Positions 48,491 to 56,869 of a stretch of DNA of 64,000 bases are shown here, piece by piece (positions within the stretch are counted from its first letter, which is position 1; every line of letters starts with the position of its first letter). The stretch comes from Escherichia phage SelmaRatti: the sequence record MZ501103; one strand, given 5' to 3'. The notes under the pieces are model-generated. The model was not told the DNA's origin. It made no database searches and saw nothing but the letters and a program-made list of their open reading frames with translations. The position numbers and the translations under genes are program-made.

Positions 48491-48670
48491 TGGAAACACT
48501 TTTTTAATGCTCGTAGGTTCGTTAGTAGTTATATTAGCACTTCTACTAATCTGCAATATTCTTAATAATAAGAATTTAGAGTTAAAGTGTGAGAACCAAA
48601 TCCTTAATCGTGAACTTACACAATATAATGTAGCAGCTCGCAAGCTGTTAGACAAACTGGAGAATAAATA

Positions 48671-49282
48671 ATGTTTACACAACAAACCATTAAAGTAGTA
48701 GCAGATCATGAACTCGACACATGGGATTACAGCTTTAAAGATCTGACTGCTACAGTACAGTTTAAATCTATGCAACTGTCGTTTTTGCACACTGATCTTC
48801 AAGGTTGTAAAGAGTTTCAGGCTAAGCTCATCGATGCTCGTAAGATTTTTGGTACGGCTCGCATCCCGGCTGATAACCTGATTAATGCACTAATCGATGC
48901 AGGGTACAAACTCGTGAAGACCGAGGTGAACCGCCCTAGTACTCCAGTGACTATTAGAGATCCGTGGCAGTCAGGGACAATCTCAATGCTGAATAACTCC
49001 GATAAAAGATTAATGTCGGATATGCACAATGTTCATTGTGGTGGTGTGGTAAGCAATACGCAATCATATAAGTTTGGTGAAGATTGCGGCCCTTCTGTAC
49101 AGCTGCAACATACCCAAGAGGCTTTTGAATCTGATATGCGAAGCGTAGCACCTGAGGATGCTGGAGTTTCTAGGAGTTCTGTTTGTACTATTCATTTTAA
49201 TAATCTTAGGCCTGGGAATATAAATGATACTATCCTTGAAGCGTTGGGGGCTGCTCTTAATGAAGATAAGAGAGGTAGTTAA
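48671..49282 (+). CDS. hypothetical protein (203 aa)
   Basis: ORF. Confidence 0.5.
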   Translation: MFTQQTIKVVADHELDTWDYSFKDLTATVQFKSMQLSFLHTDLQGCKEFQAKLIDARKIFGTARIPADNLINALIDAGYKLVKTEVNRPSTPVTIRDPWQSGTISMLNNSDKRLMSDMHNVHCGGVVSNTQSYKFGEDCGPSVQLQHTQEAFESDMRSVAPEDAGVSRSSVCTIHFNNLRPGNINDTILEALGAALNEDKRGS

Positions 49283-49629
49283 TGATATTTGGTAAAACAA
49301 AAATAACTTCTGCTGGTGACGATTTAATTACTCTTAGTCTCTACTATAAAGATGAAAATGTAGAATTAGAAACATTAGAGTATATTCTAATAACTACTAA
49401 TAAGCCAAAAATAGGAGAGTTATTTGATATAATATCTATAGTCTCTGCTAGGGAAGATATTCCAAGTATAACACCAAAGAATATAGCTCACTTAGCACAA
49501 CAATTAGGAATCCTATGGTATAAAGTAGATCTTCCAGCTAAAGAAAGAACCAAAGGAACCTTTGCAGAAGTTGCAAGAAAACCTAAGCCAGAAAAGAAAG
49601 AAACAGGGGAGCAAGCGTCTGATATATGA
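49282..49629 (+). CDS. hypothetical protein (115 aa)
   Basis: ORF. Confidence 0.5.
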   Translation: MIFGKTKITSAGDDLITLSLYYKDENVELETLEYILITTNKPKIGELFDIISIVSAREDIPSITPKNIAHLAQQLGILWYKVDLPAKERTKGTFAEVARKPKPEKKETGEQASDI

Positions 49630-50339
49630 TTAAAGAAGCTGAAAAATTAAAACGTCTCATCCAGTTAGCGCGTGGTGCTACACAAAAGAGTCTTTCACAG
49701 CTAACTGATGAAGAAAAATATGCAGTAATGTTTTTAGGAGATCATTATCCTGCTAAGTGGGATAAGGGTAAGATCAAATATGATCGTGATGCAAAACAAG
49801 TAGTTTGGTCAGGCTCATATGTAGAGGTGAATAAAGCATTAAAGGCTTTAGATCCTGCAGCAAAAGGTTTCTCTTCTAATGCTATTCATATTCTAATTGA
49901 TGAAGATCTCCCAAGATTTAAGGAAGCATCATTTAAAGAAGCATTAGCTAGCGAAGATCTTATTCCTTTCAAACATGGCAAATATGCACATCTTCCTCCA
50001 CTAGAAAAAGAGAAACCAACTCTAGTTAAAGATGAAGTTTATCGTGGGATTGGCACAATGCTAGCGAGTTTGACTGTAGCTCTCCATAAAGATCTAGAGT
50101 TAACGCCCTTAGAAAATGCTGTGCATTTCATGTGCCATAAATATGAGGATACATTTAAAGAACTATGTAAGTCGCTAGGAATGCCAAGTTACACGATATT
50201 AAACTACGCTCCTGAGTATACTAGAGCAGCTCGCGGAACTATGGATTACGATGATACAGGATCAACTGCTTCCTATTTAGCAACTTATATCTACTTCGCA
50301 TCCTTAGGTATCAAACTCAAATCCAAGAAGGAGGAATAA
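49626..50339 (+). CDS. hypothetical protein (237 aa)
   Basis: ORF. Confidence 0.55.
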   Translation: MIKEAEKLKRLIQLARGATQKSLSQLTDEEKYAVMFLGDHYPAKWDKGKIKYDRDAKQVVWSGSYVEVNKALKALDPAAKGFSSNAIHILIDEDLPRFKEASFKEALASEDLIPFKHGKYAHLPPLEKEKPTLVKDEVYRGIGTMLASLTVALHKDLELTPLENAVHFMCHKYEDTFKELCKSLGMPSYTILNYAPEYTRAARGTMDYDDTGSTASYLATYIYFASLGIKLKSKKEE

Positions 50340-50356
50340 AAGTTAACAAAATTTTC

Positions 50357-50386
50357 TTGACAACTCATTGCGGCACATGTTATAAT
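50357..50386 (+). promoter_or_regulatory. sigma70-type promoter (TTGACA-18-TATAAT)
   Basis: TTCTTGACAACTCATTGCGGCACATGTTATAATAATC; no ORF follows. Confidence 0.65.
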
Positions 50387-50393
50387 AATCTCA

Positions 50394-50560
50394 TAGATTA
50401 ACAACTACTCTAGTTGATTAACTCTAGGGGCGATGATTATTACACGAATGTCTCGTATAGCTTGCGGCTGAGCAACAGCGGTATGACGGCATGAGTACTC
50501 ACGTAATTAATCACGCGCCCCCAGGAGAGACTCTCATGAAATTGGGGGTCTCTTTTTCTT
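50394..50560 (+). ncRNA. candidate small non-coding RNA (about 165 nt) bounded by promoter and terminator
   Basis: Strong promoter at 50357-50386 and terminator hairpin AGAGAC...GTCTCT plus TTTTTCTTT at 50525-50560, with no ORF of 20 codons or more between. Confidence 0.45.
50525..50560 (+). terminator. rho-independent terminator
   Basis: GAGAGACTC-loop-GGGGGTCTCT then TTTTTCTTT. Confidence 0.65.
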
Positions 50561-50639
50561 TATATTATTTAAATATTTAAATATTTTTAATGGCAATATC
50601 TGTGTTCAAGATGATACACCGGTTGCCGCTCATCTGCTA

Positions 50640-51300
50640 GGATGGCACAACACTTTCTAGTAGACTCCTAAGTTTCTAGGAAAACTCTCACTTTCTAGGG
50701 CAGTTTCTCTCCAACGTTACATATCCTAGGCCGGTTTTCCTATACAGGGCGGTTATGGGGAGGGCGGTTATTTCTAGAAGACATTTTTTGAAAACATTTT
50801 TCCAGAAATTACTGTCGGATTTGCACCTTGTGTTTCTAGAAATTTATGGTCGGATTTGCACAATCGCCTAAGTTTTTAGGAACATATAATCTCCTGAAAA
50901 TGGCAGCATTATTTCGGGCCGAAGGCCCATGATTGCCTGAGTTTTTAGGGCCACAGAAATTTTCACTTGTCAAGCTATTTTGCCCCATTTTGCTAATAAA
51001 ATTTTACTTTTTCTGCACCTATCTCAAATTAACCCAAATTATCTCAACTCTTCCCCAAAATCCCCGCAAATCGGGTGCCCCGCACCAAACATGCGCCCCT
51101 CTCACAGTTCCCTCAAATTTCTCTCGCTATCTCACCTTCACTACAAACCTATACAATCACACACCATCTCATCGAAGTCACAAAAATTTCATCGGATTCG
51201 CACAGCTCAACACATGTCGGATTTGCACATACTCTAGCTAATTCCACAGGATTCGAACGCAGTTCGTGATTGCTGGAGTTTTTAGGGAGACAGATTCGTC
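50640..51300. repeat. dispersed short repeat family, about 8 copies of (A/G)GTTT(C/T)TAGG
   Basis: Copies near 50646, 50663, 50684, 50774, 50833, 50871, 50942, 51283. Confidence 0.55.
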
Positions 51301-51415
51301 ACTCTCACGAATTTATAAATTTTTTTCGGGTCGGATTTGCACACTACCAAAAATTGTCGGATTTGCACATACATGCCCGCACGTAACACCCGTGGAGCAT
51401 TGTCGGATTTGCACA
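50814..51415. repeat. iteron-like direct repeats, 7 copies of GTCGGATTTGCACA
   Basis: Copies at 50814, 50849, 51192 (variant TCGGATTCGCACA), 51216, 51330, 51356, 51402, all same orientation. Confidence 0.8.
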
Positions 51416-51420
51416 AAAGC

Positions 51421-51438
51421 GCAGGGCAATTGCCCTGC
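51421..51438. repeat. perfect 18-bp palindrome GCAGGGCAATTGCCCTGC
   Basis: Exact reverse-complement symmetry. Confidence 0.8.
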
Positions 51439-51443
51439 TCGCC

Positions 51444-51615
51444 TGAATGCGAATGATAATGAGAATCAATCTCGTTTAAAAAGCTGAATGCGAATGATAA
51501 TGATTCGCATTTAAGAAAGGGAATGAGAACTATTCAAGAAGTGAAATGATTCTCATTTAAAAAGTGGAGTGATTATCGGTTAGCTAGTGAAATGCGAATG
51601 ATAATGATTCGCATT
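51444..51615. repeat. three copies of AATGCGAATGATAATGA, two forming palindromes AATGCGAAT-N7-ATTCGCATT
   Basis: Copies at 51444, 51485, 51591; related half-sites AATGATTCTCATT at 51543. Confidence 0.75.
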
Positions 51616-51648
51616 TAAAAATGGAAGTGAGAAACACTATTATTTAAG

Positions 51649-51730
51649 TTATCCACAGACTTATCAACAGCACGATTTGACTTGACAGAATCCTAGCCAT
51701 TTTGAGGCGTTATTAACAGACTTATCCACA
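51649..51730 (+). promoter_or_regulatory. cluster of DnaA-box-like 9-mers (TTATCCACA x2, TTATCAACA, TTATTAACA)
   Basis: Exact consensus TTATCCACA at 51649 and 51722; one-mismatch boxes at 51661 and 51710. Confidence 0.6.
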
Positions 51731-51738
51731 GCTTATCC

Positions 51739-51758
51739 TACTGTATAAATATACAGTA
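51739..51758. promoter_or_regulatory. LexA-box-like palindrome TACTGTATAAATATACAGTA
   Basis: CTGT-N8-ACAG with AT-rich spacer, matching the SOS-box consensus. Confidence 0.6.
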
Positions 51759-51998
51759 TTCCTATGTAGTGAATAATTCTAATATAGGCCTAAAACGTCC
51801 TGAATCGCATTCTAACGCGTTTAATTTTGGTGGAGGTATTTTAATATGGGGAAATTTGAGGAAGGCCATAAAAGGTGGGGCCAGTAGTTGCGCCCCGTGA
51901 TTATTAGTGGTAGATATATTTTTGCCAATAGCGGCGGATACTGTCGCCACCAGCGGAATCATTCACAGCCTCAACATTACCCGCGAAAATATATAATC

Positions 51999-52343
51999 TC
52001 ATTGTGCCACCTTTCGAAACGCTATTTCAATACTATCCGCAGTGGATTGAATATATGCGCCTTTCATTATCAGGCGCTCGGTGCATATCTTGCGAAAAAT
52101 GTTGATAAAATCATCTTCATTTTCTGCAATTAATGCCTCACCCATAACCTGAACGTCACAAGACCCAAAAGTTAAAAATTGAAACGCTAGTTCACGGGCG
52201 ACAACGGCAGAAATTTTATAATGCGCCTTACCCTCATAAATATTAACCACGCCTTTATAAACTGGTGAAAGCTGATTTAAATAGTTTGCTAATAATGCCG
52301 GACGGCAATTAGCAACAAAACGATTGCCCTCATAAATAACCAT
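51999..52343 (-). CDS. hypothetical protein (114 aa), last gene of the inverted-repeat-flanked module
   Basis: ORF with strong SD GGGAGG. Confidence 0.55.
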   Translation of the reverse strand: MVIYEGNRFVANCRPALLANYLNQLSPVYKGVVNIYEGKAHYKISAVVARELAFQFLTFGSCDVQVMGEALIAENEDDFINIFRKICTERLIMKGAYIQSTADSIEIAFRKVAQ

Positions 52344-52466
52344 TTTATAACCTCCCGATCAGATAGCCTGATAAAAGCATAAAGATACCCAACGAAAGAG
52401 GGTCATTCTTAAATAAGGTGGCGATAAAACCGCCAGCCATTGCAAGGAGAACAACAATAACGCTTT

Positions 52467-52679
52467 TCATAGTACCCCACGAAACGCAGCGTAAAAGGTG
52501 GCAAAATGTTTAACCGTTTCAGCGATCACGTTGCCGCGCTTATCAAATTTTTTCTCGGTAACACGAAAGGCATTTTTGTTACGTGCTACATATTCGATTT
52601 TACAATCTGGACGCTCGAACGTGTTAACATCCACCAGCTTAAAGCCTTTCGAACGTGCAAGAGAAACGTTGCGTATCAT
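52467..52679 (-). CDS. hypothetical basic protein (70 aa)
   Basis: ORF with SD AAGGAG. Confidence 0.5.
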   Translation of the reverse strand: MIRNVSLARSKGFKLVDVNTFERPDCKIEYVARNKNAFRVTEKKFDKRGNVIAETVKHFATFYAAFRGVL

Positions 52680-52681
52680 TT

Positions 52682-52864
52682 TTATTCTCCTTTACTAATC
52701 ATGCAGCCCAGCAGATAAGAAAATACAGCAATGCCAGCGCCAATAGTAACCATTGGTTTTGTATTTACTAAACCGCAATAAGAATCTTGAATACCATAAG
52801 CGGTGGCGAAAAGAGTCAGAATAGCGCCCAAGATACCCGCCAGAATAGCTCGAAAAATAACCAT
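52682..52864 (-). CDS. small two-helix membrane protein (60 aa)
   Basis: MVIFRAILAGILGAILTLFATAYG and VTIGAGIAVFSYLLGCMI hydrophobic helices; SD AGGGGA. Confidence 0.5.
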   Translation of the reverse strand: MVIFRAILAGILGAILTLFATAYGIQDSYCGLVNTKPMVTIGAGIAVFSYLLGCMISKGE

Positions 52865-52913
52865 TTTTATTTCCCCTAGTTAGTGGGTGATACTGTATAT
52901 CCCCCGTTATTAC

Positions 52914-53144
52914 TTACATTAAAATAATTTTTGCAGCTTGTTTTTTGGTGCAATGTTCCGCTTTCAATTCATCCAGCAAAAAACCAGCCGTTGGCTGATC
53001 AATTTGATCATTATCATAAAGCGCCTGAATGGTAGTGTAAGTTTTAGCAATGCCGTATTCTTGCACCATTTCATGAATGATGACGCGGTTAGATACCCAG
53101 CCTTGCGCGGTGAACAGATGACTAGCAGAAGAATAAGCAACCAT
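52914..53144 (-). CDS. hypothetical protein (76 aa)
   Basis: Start set at the Met preceded by SD GGAGG rather than the longer ORF-track start at 53201. Confidence 0.5.
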   Translation of the reverse strand: MVAYSSASHLFTAQGWVSNRVIIHEMVQEYGIAKTYTTIQALYDNDQIDQPTAGFLLDELKAEHCTKKQAAKIILM

Positions 53145-53261
53145 TTTAAGCCTCCAAATTTTTGGGAAAATTTTCAGTCCACCGTTTCGGTGTAAAGGCA
53201 TTATAACAAAAAAGGCCGCCGATTATGGCGACCTTTACAAAACTTTACATTAGGTTAATTA

Positions 53262-54236
53262 TTACTCGCTTTCGCTGTTTTGGGTAAAGGTGGAAATATC
53301 AATACCTTTCACCATTTCATCAATCATTTCAGCGATATTAAAACTTTGCACCATTTCCAGCATTGCCGCCTCCATAGCCGCTCCTGCTACCGCTTTCGCT
53401 TTCGCATTAGTCGGGGCGTACTGGTCAACCGCTACACTCAGCAGGTTAGCGATCACTACACGACCAATCGGCGTATCAATATACCCTTTAATCATAAACG
53501 GTGCTTTTTTAGCCGCTACTTTCGTAATTTGAGTCAGTGCAATTTTACCCGCTTCCAGTTTTGCAGCGTTTACAACAGCAGACTTATTGGCGGCAACGAT
53601 AGAAGATACTTTAGTCATGATATTTCCTTTATTTTCAGTAGTTTGAGTGCTAGAATTTACAGCATATTTTTTCGTGTTGTCAATAGGCTGATTTTCCTCC
53701 TTCCAGAAGGAAAAGCCCGCGCTTTCGATAACCCCATCATATATGTATGGGTATATTTCCGACGGTAGCAAAAAATTGCCATCATCATCAAAGGCCATTA
53801 CAGCCGCCAGACGATAACCGTCACTAATTGACCGATTCCAGCCAACGGATAAATAACTCCAAAATGAATCAAGAAAGTTTTCAACGTCATAAAGGTCCTT
53901 ATCATAAGGCTCATAATTTTCTATCGAAAAAGCTTCTAAGCCCACCCCAGTATCATAGGCTTTTACTGTGCTACCTTTTACAATTATAAAATCAGCATCC
54001 AGCCCCCTACTAGAAAGTAGGTGATTATCTCGATTATATAAAACAAGCGTTGCCCCTTGCTTGTACAGTTGCAAAAAACTACTCATATCATAGGCGTCAT
54101 ATTCATCAAAAAAGTTTTGATGAATAGTTTCAGCCTTGTTAACAAAGTGTTTGATGATGGATGTTCTGCTACCATCCAGCAGGTTACACAGCGAACTTTT
54201 TAAGACGGCTGCGTTATCTGGTTTATATAGCCTCAT
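53262..54236 (-). CDS. hypothetical protein (324 aa) with Ala/Lys-rich amphipathic helical C-terminus
   Basis: SD GGGAGG; C-terminal 130 aa of repeated amphipathic/hydrophobic helices (GRVVIANLLSVAVDQ, AVAGAAMEAAMLEMV). Confidence 0.6.
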   Translation of the reverse strand: MRLYKPDNAAVLKSSLCNLLDGSRTSIIKHFVNKAETIHQNFFDEYDAYDMSSFLQLYKQGATLVLYNRDNHLLSSRGLDADFIIVKGSTVKAYDTGVGLEAFSIENYEPYDKDLYDVENFLDSFWSYLSVGWNRSISDGYRLAAVMAFDDDGNFLLPSEIYPYIYDGVIESAGFSFWKEENQPIDNTKKYAVNSSTQTTENKGNIMTKVSSIVAANKSAVVNAAKLEAGKIALTQITKVAAKKAPFMIKGYIDTPIGRVVIANLLSVAVDQYAPTNAKAKAVAGAAMEAAMLEMVQSFNIAEMIDEMVKGIDISTFTQNSESE

Positions 54237-54351
54237 TTGTTGGCCTCCCTCGTTAATCGGTAGAAGAATGATAATGGTATTTTCTTTCTAGGGCAAGTAT
54301 TATTTTACCTTTTTATTTTCCTTGCCTAACGCCTAGTTTTATGCTAACCGC

Positions 54352-54423
54352 GCAGCGGTGTAATAAAGAGCAAAACACGGCGAAGCCACCAGGCCGACGC
54401 GTCGAGGCTTTACTTTAATATTA
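54352..54423 (-). promoter_or_regulatory. structured 5-prime leader candidate (long imperfect inverted repeat) upstream of the 324-aa gene
   Basis: GCAGCGGTGTAATA pairs with TATTACACCGCAGC across about 45 nt containing the palindrome GACGCGTC. Confidence 0.35.
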
Positions 54424-54497
54424 CACCGCAGCGTTTTGCTCGTTAGAAAGCGATTTAGGCCGCGTAAAATTGATTGCAGTTGTTAACACTACCTTTC

Positions 54498-54517
54498 TAC
54501 CCTGTATATTTATACAG
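54498..54517. promoter_or_regulatory. LexA-box-like palindrome CCCTGTATATTTATACAGTA
   Basis: CTGT-N8-ACAG; reverse complement nearly identical to the box at 51739. Confidence 0.6.
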
Positions 54518-54526
54518 TAGGAAAAC

Positions 54527-54596
54527 CTGTGGATAAGCCCTTATATCACCACCTATTGTGTCAAATCATTTTGTGCTGTGGATAACTTTGTGGATA
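54527..54596 (-). promoter_or_regulatory. cluster of three DnaA-box consensus 9-mers (TGTGGATAA on plus strand)
   Basis: Exact TTATCCACA on minus strand at 54527-54535, 54576-54584, 54588-54596. Confidence 0.65.
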
Positions 54597-54635
54597 ACTT
54601 AAATGATAGTGGTTCTCACTTAAACCGATAGTTTC

Positions 54636-54716
54636 TTATAGTTATTATTATAGTAGTGATTATTTTTATAGTTATTATTTTTATAGTTATTATTTTTATA
54701 GTTATTATTTCTATTT
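54636..54716. repeat. AT-rich tandem repeat, about 4 units of ATAGTTATTATTTTT
   Basis: Head-to-tail units; roughly 90 percent A+T; 40 bp from the DnaA-box cluster. Confidence 0.75.
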
Positions 54717-55453
54717 AATTTATAAGTATATTATATAATATGAAATAGTTAGTTGGCTAATGAGATTTTCCGGGATTAGTAGTCTGCTAATAGTTCAGGC
54801 TGTTACAATCCACCAGCATGATTATCATCCTAGCAATTATTAGTCTGCTATCTTTCTAATACACAACAACAAATAAAAGTCAATTAATTTATTTCATAAA
54901 ATAACTCAATGCCCCTTGATTTTAAAAAGTCAATACCTTTTACAACTATTTTTCAATTTTGCTTTTGTTAAATATTTGTTAAATCGAAAATGAGCCGCCT
55001 AAAACGCCCTAGAAAGCGGTAAAATTTTCAGGTATGCCATTGCATAGCCTACCCTCGTTTATCGTCACCACGAGCTTTTTAGATTTTGTCAAGTAGGGGA
55101 GAGCAAATATAAATGAAAAAATTACTTGCCTATTTGCTTTGTTTTGTGGTATTCGCGCGCCCGTTTCTTTTAATTTTAGGCCGTCACCGCACGCCATCCG
55201 GTGAATCGTGTCTTTACGTTTCTTTACAAAAATAAGGTTGCGCCATTTTCGGGAATCCCCTATTATTTATCACGTAGGGCGGCAATGACGAACTACACGG
55301 CGGGAAGTTTACCGCCGCGCTCTTTAAAAATTGGGTATATCTTAAAGTCTATCGGCGGTAAACTTATCTATTATAAGGAATCGACGATATGAAACAAACT
55401 TTATTAATCACCGGTAAACCAGCCAAAAATTGGATGGCAATACTAGAAAGCTG

Positions 55454-55481
55454 TTGACAATAGCTCAACAATCCGTAAAAT
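55454..55481 (+). promoter_or_regulatory. sigma70 promoter (TTGACA-16-TAAAAT), pre-early operon P1
   Basis: Near-consensus -35 and -10 elements. Confidence 0.6.
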
Positions 55482-55587
55482 ATCGATTCACGCAGTACAA
55501 GAAAGGTAGCCAGCAAGGTTTAGAAATGGTCTGGCGAAATATTATGATTGACTTGAAAGAAAATCATAAAAAACTGCAAAAAATTGT

Positions 55588-55616
55588 TTGACAACCTAGC
55601 CGATAGGCTTTAAGAT
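55588..55616 (+). promoter_or_regulatory. sigma70 promoter (TTGACA-17-TAAGAT), pre-early operon P2
   Basis: Consensus -35 with 17-bp spacer, about 140 bp upstream of first pre-early ORF. Confidence 0.6.
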
Positions 55617-55754
55617 GTACCCCGTAGTAACTGCTCTTTAACGACTTGGAAAACGATAATGTTTAGGCTAACTCCTAGTGGATTTTTTCTTATTATCTGC
55701 TACTTTCTAGCAGATAATGCGGAACAATCCATCAAATAACTTGGAGTTTATACC

Positions 55755-56006
55755 ATGAAAAACGTTATTACCGCGCCTAAAATTGGTCAATCCGTCTTCA
55801 TTCCTTTCGTTACTAAAACGGATGAATTAACCGGAAAAGCCGAACGTATTAAAGGTGCGGCGCTTATGCCGTTCGATACAATCGATGCGGTATACGCTGA
55901 AACGGAACGTAGTAACAACGGAAAAACTATTTATAGCGTTCGGGTTAAATCTGGCGACGCTGTAAAGGTTGTTCAACGTAACGAAAAATGGGAAGCCGTA
56001 GCGTAA
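55755..56006 (+). CDS. hypothetical pre-early protein (83 aa)
   Basis: ORF with conserved TGGAGTT RBS context. Confidence 0.55.
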   Translation: MKNVITAPKIGQSVFIPFVTKTDELTGKAERIKGAALMPFDTIDAVYAETERSNNGKTIYSVRVKSGDAVKVVQRNEKWEAVA

Positions 56007-56100
56007 TAGTGTTACTTTATATTCCTCTGTTTCAGGGGAATATAATAATTAACATTAGGTTAATCTAATCCCTTAAATTAAATTAATTGGAGTTATAATC

Positions 56101-56517
56101 ATGGCTAACGTTAAAACCGAAAAATCTGCAAAATTCGCATGGAATGAAGAAAACACCCAGCAGGCTGTTACCATGTATCAGCAGCTCATCAATGAAAACG
56201 GCTTGGAGTTCGCCAACAGCGACGGCCTGAGAGAGATCGCAAAAGCAGTGGGCGCGGCTTCTCCCGTATCCGTTCGGTCAAAATTGTCCAGAGCGAAAGT
56301 CTATCAAAAAAGCGATAAGCCTCGCAAGGTTGGCGGCGGCAGTTCAATTCGCAAGGCGCACTATGTACGCGTTATTGCAAAACATGCTATTGATTCCGGC
56401 ATTATCAAAGACGCTGACGATTTAGCAAGCCTTGAAATCGCAAAATTGGAAACGCTGGACGCCGTGGCGCAACTATTGGGCGTTGCCGATGAAGTAAAGC
56501 AGGCCGCAGGTGAATAA
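56101..56517 (+). CDS. hypothetical pre-early protein (138 aa)
   Basis: ORF with TGGAGTTATAATC-ATG context. Confidence 0.55.
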   Translation: MANVKTEKSAKFAWNEENTQQAVTMYQQLINENGLEFANSDGLREIAKAVGAASPVSVRSKLSRAKVYQKSDKPRKVGGGSSIRKAHYVRVIAKHAIDSGIIKDADDLASLEIAKLETLDAVAQLLGVADEVKQAAGE

Positions 56518-56574
56518 ATTTAATTAGCTGGGAATATTCCCCGCTATAATTTCCCTTTGACTGGAGTTATTAAA

Positions 56575-56772
56575 ATGATCTTTTACCCCACTGAATCGCT
56601 AATTTTAGGCTTATTTATTATGGCGGCCTCATTATTATTTGCTTATTTTCAAAATGATTTAGATTCGTATTATTTTAAGCGAAAAGCTAAATTGGCAAAG
56701 CGTTTAGGTCTGATTTGTTTTATTGCCGCCATTGCTCTTGGTGTAAGTTCAAGCCTAATGCCTATTAGTTAA
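56575..56772 (+). CDS. small membrane protein (65 aa)
   Basis: ATG 56575 after CTGGAGTT RBS; two TM helices. Confidence 0.5.
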   Translation: MIFYPTESLILGLFIMAASLLFAYFQNDLDSYYFKRKAKLAKRLGLICFIAAIALGVSSSLMPIS

Positions 56773-56869
56773 ATATTGCAAATTATAACGCCACTCATTT
56801 GCGGCGTTATATCTGGCAATATTTGCCAATAACAAACGTTTTTAATCCCTTCAATGGAGTTTTATTACT

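Noticed and set aside
53280-53768. 162-aa plus-strand ORF inside the 324-aa minus-strand gene
   Set aside because: Arg/Phe/Ser-rich antisense frame without RBS; the minus-strand gene has a strong Shine-Dalgarno and operon partners.
51760-54500. Bacterial contamination or assembly chimera for the GC-richer five-gene segment
   Set aside because: The segment is bounded by inverted repeats that are continuous with the phage-like iteron and DnaA-box field and the pre-early promoters; contamination cannot be excluded without read-level data but nothing host-specific (rRNA, tRNA, housekeeping genes) is present.
54636-54716. Possible CRISPR array
   Set aside because: Units are about 15 bp, AT-rich and directly tandem with no unique spacers, and there are no cas genes; it fits a satellite-like or unwinding-element repeat.
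55113-55238. 41-aa hydrophobic ORF (MKKLLAYLLCFVVFARPFLL...) as a small toxin gene
   Set aside because: No RBS and only a weak promoter-like sequence; too short to support from sequence alone.
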